Part shown: one piece after another, positions 1-12,638 of the stretch
Layout of the letters: each line of letters opens with the position of its first letter
Position numbering within the stretch: the first letter of the stretch is position 1
DNA from: Macrostomum lignano
Taxonomy: Eukaryota
Length of the DNA: 64,000 nt
NCBI GenBank assembly: GCA_002269645.1
Contig: NIVC01003432.1
Span: 1 to 64,000, forward strand
Direction of reading: 5' to 3'
Position numbers and translations under genes: made by a program
The notes under the pieces: model-generated
Databases searched by the model: none
The model's input: the letters and a program-made list of their open reading frames with translations, nothing else
What the model was told of the DNA's origin: nothing

Positions 1-47
1 TAGTACAAGTCATTGGGGATGATGCCATAATTGAAGGAAAATCTCAT

Positions 48-93
48 AGGGGATGAGGTATTGAGGAAAAAGCCACTCAATACCTCATCCCCT
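48..93. repeat. Perfect 18-bp inverted repeat with 10-nt loop
   Basis: AGGGGATGAGGTATTGAG (48-65) and CTCAATACCTCATCCCCT (76-93). Confidence 0.9.
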
Positions 94-320
94 CAGTCAA
101 TCAGTTGCGCCTGATCCTCGAGAACGCGCCTCACTGTTTTATGCTATTACTTTTTGCAGCTGGCAGGAATAAATAACGAGGCCTGTTGCGGAGCCAAAAT
201 TCTAGTCTGATATTTCGCGTCACAAAGGATTCTAATTTTAAAACCTATGCAGTCTGCAAAAATCTGCTTGGAGAGGACACGCAACGTTTTTAACGTATTT
301 CAAAATCATAATTCAACATG

Positions 321-905
321 CTCCCTTTTGTCTCCCTCACTCTCTCCCACTCTCTCCGTCACTCCCTTCTGTCTCCCTCACTCTCTCCCTCACTGTCTCC
401 GTTACTCCCTTCTGTCTCCCTCACTCTCCCTCACTCTCTCCCTCACTCTCTCCCTCACTCTCTCCCTCACTCTCTCCCTCACTCTCTCCGTTACTCCCTT
501 CTGTCTCCCTCACTCTCTCCCTCACTCTCTCCCTCACTCTCTCCGTTACTCCCTTCTGTCTCCCTCACTCTCTCCCTCACTCTCTCCCTCACTGTCTCCG
601 TTACTCCCTTCTGTCTCCCTCACTCTCTCCCTCACTGTCTCCGTCACTCTCTCCGTTACTCCCTTCTGTCTCCCTCACTCTCTCCGTTACTCCCTTCTGT
701 CTCCCTCACTCTCTCCGTTACTCCCTTCTGTCTCCCTCACTCTCTCCGTTACTCCCTTCTGTCTCCCTCACTCTCTCCCTTAATCACTTCCGTCTCCCTC
801 ACTCACTTCTGTCTCCCTCACTCACTTATATCTCCCTCACTCACTTCTATCTCCCTCACTCACTTTTATCTCCCTCACTCACTTCTATCTCCCTCACTCT
901 CACTC
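321..905. repeat. CT-rich minisatellite (CTCCCTCACTCTCT core with a CCGTTACTCCCTTCTGT variant; about 19-bp unit at the 3' end)
   Basis: Directly visible tandem units. Confidence 0.9.
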
Positions 906-1498
906 AATGCCTCTCTCTACCGCATTCACACCCATGACGGCCAACTCTTCCAAGGTGTGAAATTGTTTGAGACTCAGGCCCCTTATACACTTTGTTTTTT
1001 AGCATGTGTCTGCGTAAAAACTCAAATAAATAAGCCATATCTATATGACTGCCGATATGTATCGAAAAATAACTTTCCACATTGCTAAAACAAACTACGA
1101 AATAAGAAAAAGTTTGATAAGCCGGATTTGAGAGGGAAAAGTGCTAAGGAATTAACTCTATCTAGGAAAGTGTTCAGCCAGTGCAGAAGTTGACTCTCTT
1201 TATTGTGTGTACTAAGATAATTTGAAGGCATAAGTCTGTCACCTGTCAATTATTTAATAGGTGATTGCGTGACTGGGGCAAACAGGGGCTCCTACTAAGC
1301 CACTAAGACGCTAAGCCACAAACACAGACTTCGGCTTCCAATCTGGCCGACTAATTAGGGATGACATTTTCGATCAAATGAAGCACACTATGTATCTGTC
1401 GGTTGTTTCACATTTCTCTACAAATTCCGCTATTATTTTCCTTATATTCCTACTCCTACTAAGTAAGTAGTATGATTCATACATATTTTTCATTTTAG

Positions 1499-1708
1499 GC
1501 CTTACTGCGACCAGCAGCAGCAGCAGTTCCAGCGTGGCTCCGACAGCCGCATCAGCCGCCGCGACTTTCAGCATCCCGGAGGAGTCAGCGACTGCCGATC
1601 CAGCGCCTGCTGGAGAGCTTCTTGGAGGTGCCGCGGCCGGCATGGGATTGAGGAAGCGAGCCCAGAGCCTCGCTGCCACAATGTTCAACTTGCAGGACCT
1701 GCAGCTGG
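1499..1708 (+). CDS. Synaptotagmin-like gene, first visible internal exon (Ser/Ala-rich linker ...LRKRAQSLAATMFNLQDLQL); upstream exons lie outside the window or are unresolved
   Basis: Acceptor ttttcattttag|GC at 1498/1499 and donor CTGG|gtgagc at 1708/1709. Open frame, phase 1 at both ends, joins in frame to the exon at 5975. Confidence 0.7.
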
Positions 1709-1716
1709 GTGAGCAG

Positions 1717-2910
1717 GATGCTTGACCCCGATGCTTGACCCCTGATGTTTGACCCCCCCTGATGCTTGACCTCCGATGCTTGACCCCCGATGCTTGACCC
1801 CTGATGTTTGACCCCCCCTGATGCTTGACCTCCGATGCTTGACCCCCGATGCTTGACCCCTGATGCTTGACCCCCGTTGCTTGACCCCCGATGCTTGACC
1901 CCCGATGATTGACCCCGATGCTTGATCCCTGATGCTTGACCCCCGATGCTTGACCCCCGATGCTTGACCCCCGATGCTTGACCCCTGATGTTTGACCCAC
2001 GATGCTTGACCCCCCCCGATGCTTGACCGCCGATGATTGACCCCCGATGCTTGATCCCTGATGCTTGACCCCCGATGCTTGACCCCCGATGCTTGACCCC
2101 CGATGCTTGACCCCCGATGATTGACCCCTGATGCTTGATCCCTGATGCTTGACCCCCGATGCTTGACTCCTGATGCTTGACCTCCGATGCTTAACCCCGA
2201 TGCTTGACCTCCGATTCTTGACCCCCGATGCTTGACCCTGATGTTTGACCAACGATGCTTGACCCCCCTCCGATGCTTGACCTCCGATGCTTGACCCCTG
2301 ATGCTTGACCTCCGATGCTTAACTCCCGATGCTTGACGCCCCCGATGCTTAACCCCCGATGCTTGACCCCCGATGCTTGACCCCCGATGCTTGACCCCTG
2401 ATGTTTGACCCCGATGCTTGACCCCCCCGATGCTTGACCCCCGATGCTTGACCCCCGATGCTCGACCTCCGATGCTTAACCCCCGATGTTTGACCCCCGA
2501 TGCTTGACCCCGATGCTTGACCCCCGATGCTTGACCCCCGATGCTTGACCCCCGATGCTTGACCCCCGATGCTTGACCCCCGATGCTTGACCCCCGATGC
2601 TTGACCCCCGATGCTTGACCCCCGATGCTTGACCCCCGATGCTTGACCCCCGATGCTTGACCCCAAATGCTTGACCCCGATGCTTGACCCCGATGCTTGA
2701 CCCCCGATGCTTGACCCCCGATGCTTGACCCCCGATGCTTGACCCTGATGTTTGACCCCCGATGCTTGACCCCCGATGCTTGACCCCCGATGCTTGACCC
2801 CCGATGCTTGACCCCCGATGCTTGACCCAAATGCTTGACCCCCGATGTTTGACCCCAGTGTATGAACCTCAATGTGTGACCCCCTACACTTGACCCCTGT
2901 TGCTTGACCC
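1717..2910. repeat. 14-bp minisatellite (GATGCTTGACCCCC)n starting about 9 nt after a splice donor
   Basis: Directly visible. Length variation is mainly in the C run. Confidence 0.95.
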
Positions 2911-3384
2911 CCGCCCCGATACTTTCCCCTAGCTGTTTGCTTTCACCGATGCTTTTTACATCAAAGTCCCACAGTCCTGCAGTAAAGGCAATCACCTGTG
3001 ACCTAACAGCCACGTGATAGATTTTAACACAGCAGCCCCCCCCCTCATCATGGGGTCTAAGCTCTTTAAATCATGTATTTTTTCATTGAAGTCAATCTTC
3101 TTTACTTTCTTCCTGCAACAATCCATCAATTATATTACACAGCAATAATATATTGTTGAAATATGAGCGTGCATAATGCAGAGCCATTCAAGTAGATTAA
3201 CTCAGCATAAGCCTGATGACCTTCTCCATTCGCTTCCTCTCCTCACCTACCCTCTTCCCTTGTTTCCGCTCTCGCCAACAACCTTTCTTGGAAAAACAGG
3301 TCACAGTGTGCAGTGTGAGTCTGCTCTGCAAATCTCTATTTTTATCTAAAAAGTTAACAATGTCTTCCTCAGTCACTCTGTTTC

Positions 3385-4310
3385 TCTTACCCATTCACTC
3401 TCTTCCTTTTCCTCATTCACTCTCTCTTCCTCATTCACTCTCTCTTTCTCATTCACCCTCTCTTCCTCATTCACTCTCTCTTCCTCATTCACACTCTCTT
3501 CCTCATTCACCCTCTCTTCCTCATTCACTCTCTCTTCCTCATTCACACTCTCTTCCTCATTCACCCTCTCTTCCTCATTCACTCTCTCTCCCTCATTCAC
3601 TCTCTCTTCCTCATTCACTAGCTCTCTTCCTCATTCACCCTCTCTTTCTCATTTACCCTCTCTTCCTCATTTACCCTCTCTTTCTCATTCACCCTCTCTT
3701 ACTCATTCACCTTCTCTTCCTCATTCACCTCTCTTCCTCATTCACTCTCTCTCCCTCATTCACTCTCTCTTCCTCATTCACTAGCTCTCTTCCTCATTCA
3801 CCCTCTCTTTCTCATTCACCCTCTCTTACTCATTCACCCTTTCTCCCTCATTCACTCTCTCTTTCTCATTCACCCTCTCTTACTCATTCACCCTCTCTTC
3901 CTCATTCACTCTCTCTCCCTCATTCACTCTCTCTTCCTCATTCACTCTCTCTTTCTCATTCACCCTCTCTTCCTCATTCACTCTCTCTTCCTCATTCACA
4001 CTCTCTTCCTCATTCACCCTCTCTTTCTCATTCACCCTCTCTTCCTCATTCACACTCTCTTTCTCATTCACCCTCTCTTACTCATTCACCCTCTCTCCCT
4101 CATTCACACTCTCTTTCTCATTCACCCTCTCTTACTCATTCACCCTCTCTCCCTCATTCACACTCTCTTTCTCATTCACCCTCTCTTACTCATTCACCCT
4201 CTCTCCCTCATTCACACTCTCTTTCTCATTCACCCTCTCTTACTCATTCACCCTCTCTCCCTCATTCACACTCTCTTCCTCATTCAACCTCTCTTCCTCA
4301 TTCACCTCCC
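3385..4310. repeat. 18-bp minisatellite (CTCTTCCTCATTCACTCT-like)n
   Basis: Directly visible. Confidence 0.93.
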
Positions 4311-4690
4311 TATAGAGGCTTCTATTCTTTTGTTTTGCAGTCACAAACAACAGTCTAATACATTTTTTTGTGAAATTGCAAGCCTTTCAAAGAAGTCATT
4401 GTTCAGCCAGGCGCTTCCATCGCAGGTTGCACTTTTCGTTCTCAAAAAGCGGGTGCCGCAAAGCTACAGCCTCCTATCAGCTTCACTCCCCTCCTTCCAA
4501 ACGGTGCTCTAACGCTGCTTGTGAAACCCACCCACCTAGGAATGATTGTGCTTGCTTTTTTAGAGCCGCTTTTTTATGGGGCCTATGCAAATACGGCAAC
4601 CCCCATATCCTTAATAGAATATAAGGCTGTGAGCCTACCAGTGTCAGTCAGTTTGCATGCACCTGTGAAAGTTGTGCGGAAAGCTCTGTG

Positions 4691-5717
4691 CACAGGCACT
4701 CACATTTTCACTCTGCACAGGCGCTCACATTTTCACTCTGCACAGACACTCACATTTTCACTCTGCACAGACACTCACATTTTCACTCTGCACAGACACT
4801 CACATTTTCACTCTGCACAGACACTCACATTTTCACTCTGCACAGGCACTCAAATTTTCACTCTGCACAGGCTCTCAAATTTTCACTCTGCACAGACACT
4901 CACATTTTCACTCTGCACAGACACTCACATTTTCACTCTGCACAGGCACTCACATTTTCACTCTGCACAGGCGCTCACATTTTCACTCTGCACAGACACT
5001 CACATTTTCACTCTGCACAGGCACTCACATTTTCACTCTGCACAGATACTCACATTTTCACTCTGCACAGACACTCACATTTTCACTCTGCACAGACACT
5101 CACATTTTCACTCTGCACAGGCACTCAAATTTTCACTCTGCACAGGCTCTCAAATTTTCACTCTGCACAGACACTCACATTTTCACTCTGCACAGACACT
5201 CACATTTTCACTCTGCACAGGCACTCACATTTTCACTCTGCACAGGCGCTCACATTTTCACTCTGCACAGGCACTCACATTTTCACTCTGCACAGGCACT
5301 CACATTTTCACTCTGCACAGGCACTCAAATTTTCACTCTGCACAGACACTCACATTTTCACTCTGCACAGGCACTCACATTTTCACTCTGCACAGGCACT
5401 CAAATTTTCACTCTGCACAGGCACTCAAATTTTCACTCTGCACAGGCACTCAAATTTTCACTCTGCACAGATACTCACATTTTCACTCTGCACAGACACT
5501 CACATTTTCACTCTGCACAGACACTCACATTTTCACTCTGCACAGGCTCTCAAATTTTCACTCTGCACAGGCTCTCAAATTTTCACTCTGCACAGACACT
5601 CACATTTTCACTCTGCACAGGCACTCACATTTTCACTCTGCACAGGCACTCACATTTTCACTCTGCACAGGCGCTCACATTTTCACTCTGCACAGGCACT
5701 CACATTTTCACTCTGCA
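4691..5717. repeat. 25-bp minisatellite (CACAGGCACTCACATTTTCACTCTG)n, about 41 copies
   Basis: Directly visible, highly homogeneous. Confidence 0.97.
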
Positions 5718-5974
5718 ATTTTCGCACTACTCAAATTCATACCCAGCGTACTTTCGTTTTCACTCATAAGCCACTCAATGGCTGTCACTGCTTTGGATGC
5801 CCAAATCCGAATTGGGAAAATCTCTCCACCTCATCTCCCTTCAAGCTTCTTCATTGGTCGGCTAGCAACTATCTAAAATCCCACCCGATTATGAGAAACC
5901 CTGAAATGAAAAGCAGGGATCCCCCAGTCTCCTTGCTGTTATTTTTCTCAGAATTTCATTCATCGCTTTCTTAG

Positions 5975-6198
5975 CAGCCGCGGCAGCCGCAACAACAACG
6001 GAAACAATGGCATCAGCGTCTCAATCGCCAAACTGCAATGCACCGATTGGAACTGCTGTTGCTGCAGCTGGGGGTCCGGGTTCGAGTCGGGGCGTCGTAG
6101 CTTTCCCCAGCGATTTCAAGCAGCGCGAAAGAAGACGAGCCAGCATGCAGGACGCCATTGACGCCTCGAAGATCAATGCGGATCTGTACTCTAAGCTG
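5975..6198 (+). CDS. Synaptotagmin-like gene exon (AAAATTTETMASASQSPN...ERRRASMQDAIDASKINADLYSKL)
   Basis: Acceptor ctttcttag|CA at 5974/5975 (phase 1) and donor CTG|gtgagg at 6198/6199 (phase 0). KINADLY resembles the I-x-P-E-L-Y segment that precedes C2A in synaptotagmins. Confidence 0.8.
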
Positions 6199-6299
6199 GT
6201 GAGGCTGGCCGCCGCGTTGAGGGGGCTGTTTGCACTGGGTTCGACCCCCTCTCTCTTTCTCATTTTCCCCTGTGAATCTTCTTCTCATTAAGTCAACTC

Positions 6300-7090
6300 C
6301 TATCCTCATTCACATTCTTTTTTCACACTGTCTATTCCTCATTCACACTGTCTATTCCTCATTCACACTGTCTATTCCTCATTCACACTATTTCTCATTC
6401 ACACTTTTCATCCCTCATTCACACTTTTTCTCATTCACACTATCTATTCCTCATTCACACTGTTTATTCCTCATTCACACTGTTTATTCCTCATTCACAC
6501 TGTCTATTCCTCATTCACACTGTCTATTCCTCATTCACACTGTTTATTCCTCATTCACAGTCTATTTTTCATTCACACTATCTTTCACATTTTCCTATTC
6601 ACAGTCTGCCACTCTCTTTATTCTTCATTCACACTCTCATTCACACTCTTATTCACTCTCCCTCTCTCATTCAGACACCCTCATTCACGCACTCTCATTC
6701 ACGCACTCTCATTCCCTTTCTCTCTTCCTCATTCACACCCTCATTCACACACTCATTGACATTTCCTTATTCACACTCTCATTCACACTCTCATTCACAC
6801 TCTTATTCACTCTCCCTCTCTCATTCAGACACCCTCATTCACGCACTCTCATTCACGCACTCTCATTCCCTTTCTCTCTTCCTCATTCACACCCTCATTC
6901 ACACACTCATTGACATTTCCTTATTCACACTCTCATTCACACTCTCATTCACACACTCTCATTCACACACTCTGATTCACACACTCTCATCCACACACTC
7001 TCATTCACCCACTCTCATTCACACAGTCTCATTCACACACTCTCATTCACACAGTCTCATTCACACATTCGCACACTCATTTACTCTTAC
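6300..7090. repeat. Degenerate (CTCATTCACACT)-based minisatellite
   Basis: Recurrent CTCATTCACAC core with variable spacers. Confidence 0.85.
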
Positions 7091-7518
7091 ACTGTTTCAT
7101 TTACCCTCGCCCTCTCTCACTCCTCCGATCACCTTCACGCCCCAGAACTCTGTCCATCCATCCGACTGTCTGTATCCAACTCAGCACTAATTCGCCTACC
7201 CCGGAAACACAGGGGGGGGGGTAGAAAAAGCAGAGCATCTCAGCTTCTCCTTAACTCACTCTGGGCTCAGTCTCCATTTCTGCTAGCCAAGCTGGCAGAT
7301 TCTTTCCGCTCATATTGGAAATCAATCTTGCCCGATATTGACTCGGTCTGGGGGGGGGGCTCTGACCCCCATTCCTTCCCTGGTAGCCTCTCTGTTCCTT
7401 TTCTCCTCACTCTGTCATCATCTTTGCGAAAAATTAATAGATACAGGTAGGCAGACATTGCAGTATAGATAATGGAGCTTGTTAATCTCCTGCTTGATCT
7501 CACATGTAATCTTAGCAG

Positions 7519-8516
7519 AGCCTGTCTCCCTGTCTGCCTGTCTCCCTGTCTCCCTGTCTCCCTGTCTCCCTGTCTGTCTGTCTCCCTGTCTGCCTGTCTG
7601 TCTGTCTCCCTGTCTCCCTGTCTGCCTGTCTCCCTGTCTCCCTGTCTGCTTGTCTACCTGTCTCATTGTCTCAATGTCTCCCTGTCTTGTCTCCCTGTCT
7701 ACCTGTCTCCTTGTCTCAATGTCTGCCTGTCTCCCTATCTCCCTGTCTCCCTGTCTGCCTGTCTCCCTGTCTCCCTGTCTCCCTGTCTGCCTGTCTCCCT
7801 GTCTGCCTGTCTGCCTGTCTCCCTATCTCCCTGTCTCCCTGTCTCCCTGTCTGCCTGTCTGCTTGTCTACCTGTCTCATTGTCTGCCTGTCTCCCTATCT
7901 CCCTATCTCCCTGTCTCCCTGTCTCCCTATCTCCCTGTCTGCCTGTCTCCCTGTCTCCCTGTCTGCCTGTCTCCCTGTCTGCTTGTCTACCTGTCTCATT
8001 GTCTCAATGTCTCCCTGTCTTGTCTCCCTGTCTACCTGTCTCCTTGCCTCAATGTCTGCCTGTCTCCCTATCTCCCTGTCTCCCTGTCTACCTGTCTCCC
8101 TGTCTCCCTGTCTCCCTGTCTGCCTGTCTCCCTATCTCCCTGTCTCCCTGTCTCCCTGTCTCCCTGTCTGCTTGTCTACCTGTCTCATTGTCTCAATGTC
8201 TCCCTGTCTTGTCTCCCTGTCTACCTGTCTCCTTGTCTCAATGTCTGCCTGCCTCCCTATCTCCCTGTCTCCCTGTCTGCCTGTCTCCCTGTCTCCCTGT
8301 CTTCCTGTCTGCCTGTCTCCCTATCTCCCTGTCTCCCTGTCTCCCTGTCTCCCTGTCTGCTTGTCTACCTGTCTCATTGTCTCAATGTCTCCCTGTCTTG
8401 TCTCCCTGTCTACCTGTCTCCTTGTCTCAATGTCTCCCTGTCTTGTCTCCCTGTCTACCTGTCTCCTTGTCTCAATGTCTCCCTGTCTTGTCTCCCTGTC
8501 TACCTGTCTGTCTACC

Positions 8517-8588
<72 letters not shown>
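7519..8588. repeat. (CTGTCTCC)-based array ending in a (TGTC)n microsatellite
   Basis: Directly visible. Confidence 0.93.
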
Positions 8589-8967
8589 CAACAAGTTACT
8601 AACACTAAGGAACACACAAGTTACTAAGTGCATGTATGCAGATATATTTTAAGATCGTATTTTAAGTACCTGATGTTCATTCTTCAGGATTTGTCTGTTT
8701 CCTTCCCAGGCACTGTCTAGTGGAAAAAGCTATAAAACAACTGCGTTCTTATTTGCCTGCTTTCGCCAGACTTAGAAAATAATTAGGATTTTAAAGCACT
8801 GTTCAAAGTTGACTTCAGTGCAAGCGAAACTCACTTTTCAATTAAATTTTCACTCATCAAGCAATATTTTAATTAATTTTTTTGTTTGCGAGTTTGTGAA
8901 TGCAGTTGATTTTTTGTTGACTGTCTTGGGGCGTGACGGAGCGACCCGCAGTACTTATGTTATTTAT

Positions 8968-11900
8968 GAGATGAGGGGAGAAGAGGGGAGATGAGGGGAG
9001 ATGAGGGGAGATGAGGGGAGATGAGGGGAGATGAGGGGGGTGAGGGGAGATGAGGGGAGATGAGGGGAGATGAGGGGAGATGAGGGGAGATGATGGGAGA
9101 TGAGGAGAGATGAGGGGAAAGATGGGAGATGAGGGGAGATGAGGGGAGATGAGGGGAGATGATGGGAGATGAGGGGAGATGAGGGGAGATGAGGGGGGTG
9201 AGGGGAGATGAGGGGAGATGAGGGGAGATGATGGGAGATGAGGAGAGATGAGGGGAAAGATGGGAGATGATGGGAGATGAGGGGAGATGAGGGGAGATGA
9301 GGGAGAGAGGGGAGATGATGGGAGATGAGGGGAGATGAGGGGAGATGAGGGAGAGAGGGGAGATGAGGGGAGATGAGGGGAGATGAGGGAGAGAGGGGAG
9401 ATGAGGGGAGATGAGGGGAGATGAGGGGAGATGAAGGGAGATGAGGGGAAAGAGGGGAGATGAGGGGAGATGAGGGGAGATGAGGGGAGATGAGGGGAAA
9501 GAGGGGAGATGAGGGGAGATGAGGGGAGATGAGGGGAGATGAGGGGAGATGAGGGGAGATGAGGGGAGATGAGGGGAGACGAGGGGAGATGAGGGGAGAT
9601 GAGGGGAGATGAGAGGAGATGAGGGGAGATGAGGGGAGATGAAGGGAGATGAAGGGAGATGAGGGGAGATGAGGGGAGATGAGGGGAGATGAGGGGGGAT
9701 GAGGGGAGACGAGGGGAGACGAGGGGAGATGAGGGGAGATGAGGGGAGATGAGGGGAGATGAAGGGAGATGAGGGGAGATGAGGGGAGATGAGGGGAGAT
9801 GAGGGGAGACGAGGGGAGACGAGGGGAGATGAGGGGAGATGAGGGGAGATGAGAGGAGATGAGGGGAGATGAGGGGAGATGAGGGGAGATGAGAGAGAGA
9901 GAGGAGAGATGAGGGGAAAGATGGGAGATGAGGGGAGATGAGGGGAGATGAGAGAGAGAGAGGAGAGATGAGGGGAAAGATGGGAGATGAGGGGAGATGA
10001 AGGGAGATGAGGGGAGATGAGGGGAGATGAGGGGAGATGAGGGGAGATGAGGGGAGATGAGGGGAGATGAGAGAGAGAGAGGAGAGATGAGGGGAAAGAT
10101 GGGAGATGAGGGGAGATGAAGGGAGATGAGGGGAGATGAGGGGAGATGAGGGGAGATGAGGGGAGATGAGGGGAGACGAGGGGAGACGAGGGGAGATGAG
10201 GGGAGATGAGGGGAGATGAGAGGAGATGAGGGGAGATGAGGGGAGATGAGGGGAGATGAGAGAGAGAGAGGAGAGATGAGGGGAAAGATGGGAGATGAGG
10301 GGAGATGAGGGGAGATGAGAGAGAGAGAGGAGAGATGAGGGGAAAGATGGGAGATGAGGGGAGATGAAGGGAGATGAGGGGAGATGAGGGGAGATGAGGG
10401 GAGAGGAGGGGAGATGAGGGGAGACGAGGGGAGACGAGGGGAGATGAGGGGAGATGAGGGGAGATGAGAGGAGATGAGGGGAGATGAGGGGAGATGAGGG
10501 AGATGAGAGAGAGAGAGGAGAGATGAGGGGAAAGATGGGAGATGAGGGGAGATGAGGGGAGATGAGGGGAGATGATGGGAGATGAGGGGAGATGAGGGGA
10601 GATGAGGGGAGATGAGGGGAGATGAGGGGAATGAGGGGAGATGAGGAGAGATGAGGGGAAAGATGGGAGATGATGGGAGATGAGGGGAGATGAGGGGAGA
10701 TGAGGGAGAGAGGGGAGATGATGGGAGATGAGGGGAGATGAGGGGAGATGAGGGAGAGAGGGGAGATGAGGGGAGATGAGGGGAGATGAGGGAGAGAGGG
10801 GAGATGAGGGGAGATGAGGGGAGATGAGGGGAGATGAAGGGAGATGAGGGGAAAGAGGGGAGATGAGGGGAGATGAGGGGAGATGAGGGGAGATGAGGGG
10901 AAAGAGGGGAGATGAGGGGAGATGGGGGGAGATGAGGGGAGATGAGGGGAGATGAGGGGAGATGAAGGGAGATGAGGGGAGATGAGGGGAGATGAGGGGA
11001 GATGAGGGGAGATGAGGGGAGACGAGGGGAGACGAGGGGAGATGAGGGGAGATGAGGGGAGATGAGAGGAGATGAGGGGAGATGAGGGGAGATGAGGGGA
11101 GATGAGAGAGAGAGAGGAGAGATGAGGGGAAAGATGGGAGATGAGGGGAGATGAGGGGAGATGAGAGAGAGAGAGGAGAGATGAGGGAAAGATGGGAGAT
11201 GAGGGGAGATGAAGGGAGATGAGGGGAGATGAGGGGAGATGAGGGGAGATGAGGGGAGATGAGGGGAGATGAGGGGAGATGAGAGAGAGAGAGGAGAGAT
11301 GAGGGGAAAGATGGGAGATGAGGGGAGATGAAGGGAGATGAGGGGAGATGAGGGGAGATGAGGGGAGATGAGGGGAGATGAGGGGAGACGAGGGGAGACG
11401 AGGGGAGATGAGGGGAGATGAGGGGAGATGAGAGGAGATGAGGGGAGATGAGGGGAGATGAGGGGAGATGAGAGAGAGAGAGAGAGATGAGGGGAAAGAT
11501 GGGAGATGAGGGGAGATGAGGGGAGATGAGAGAGAGAGAGGAGAGATGAGGGGAAAGATGGGAGATGAGGGGAGATGAAGGGAGATGAGGGGAGATGAGG
11601 GGAGATGAGGGGAGAGGAGGGGAGATGAGGGGAGACGAGGGGAGACGAGGGGAGATGAGGGGAGATGAGGGGAGATGAGAGGAGATGAGGGGAGATGAGG
11701 GGAGATGAGGGGAGATGAGAGAGAGAGAGGAGAGATGAGGGGAAAGATGGGAGATGAGGGGAGATGAGGGGAGATGAGGGGAGATGATGGGAGATGAGGG
11801 GAGATGAGGGGAGATGAGGGGAGATGAGGGGAGATGAGGGGAATGAGGGGAGATGAGGAGAGATGAGGGGAAAGATGGGAGATGAGGGGAGATGAGGGGA

Positions 11901-12082
11901 GATGAGGGGAGATGAGGGGAGATGAGGGGAGATGAGGGGAGATGAGGGGAAAGAGGGGAGATGAGGGGAGATGAAGGGAGATGAGGGGAGATGAGGGGAG
12001 ATGAGGGGAGATGAGGGGAGATGAGGGGAGACGAGGGGAGATGAGGGGAGATGAGGGGAGATGAGGGGAGATGAGGGGAATG
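8968..12082. repeat. 3.1-kb purine-rich 10-bp minisatellite (GATGAGGGGA)n
   Basis: Directly visible. Recurrent variants GAAAGATGGGA and GAGAGAGAGAG. Confidence 0.97.
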
Positions 12083-12133
12083 GGATCAGCAGACACTGCA
12101 GTGCCGCATCCCCAACCCACGCCAATCCCGCAG

Positions 12134-12571
12134 TATAACCAGGCCAGCACGACAATCCAGAGCATTCAAGAGGAGAATTTCGGTCAGCTGAACTTCTCGC
12201 TGGAGTTCCGGGAGGAGACTGGAATCCTGAGCATTCGCATTATCCAAGCCATCGACCTGCAGCCGAAGGACAGCAGCACAGGGCTGGCCAACCCCTACTG
12301 CCGCGTGGCGGTGCTGCCGAACCGCAAGACCCAAACTACCACAAAAATTCATAAACGAACGCTGAGCCCAGAATTCGAAGAGGAATTTATCTTCGAGCTG
12401 AAGCCGCAGGATATAAACTGGAGCGTGTTGGAGATTACCGTGTTCGACTATGATCCCTGCTCGATGGACGAGTGCCTGGGTCAGGTGAAGCTGCCACTTG
12501 TTGAGGTGGACTTCAGCGAGAAGCAAGTCTTGTGGAAGGCCATCTGCTCGATGGAGAAGATCACCGACCCG
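12134..12571 (+). CDS. Synaptotagmin-like gene exon encoding the C2A domain
   Basis: Translation GQLNFSLEF..LSIRIIQAIDL..NPYCRV..KRTLSPEFEEEFIF..LEITVFDYD..CLGQVKLPL is a typical type-I C2 domain. Acceptor aatcccgcag| at 12133/12134 (phase 0) and donor CCG|gtgagt at 12571/12572. Confidence 0.92.
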
Positions 12572-12638
12572 GTGAGTACTGTCTTCTCCAATTTGAAACT
12601 TGCTTTGCTTTATGCACTTCCGCTGACTTCTGAGAGTG

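Noticed and set aside
934-954. ATG...AAG|GTGTGA as a possible first exon of the synaptotagmin-like gene
   Set aside because: Phase 0 donor does not match the phase 1 acceptor at 1499, and it encodes no TM or other domain.
247-8652. Other repeat-derived ORFs ([40 protein letters not shown])
   Set aside because: All coincide with minisatellites, are open in multiple frames and have no domain content.
12088-12102. Alternative acceptors for the C2A exon (12090, 12093, 12102)
   Set aside because: All are phase 1, while the strong upstream donor at 6198 is phase 0; 12134 fits.
8869-12165. 1098-aa and 1063-aa minus-strand ORFs (PLISPHLPSS repeats), the first with a hydrophobic start
   Set aside because: Stop-free translation of the 10-bp array, antisense to a well-supported intron; several frames are open.
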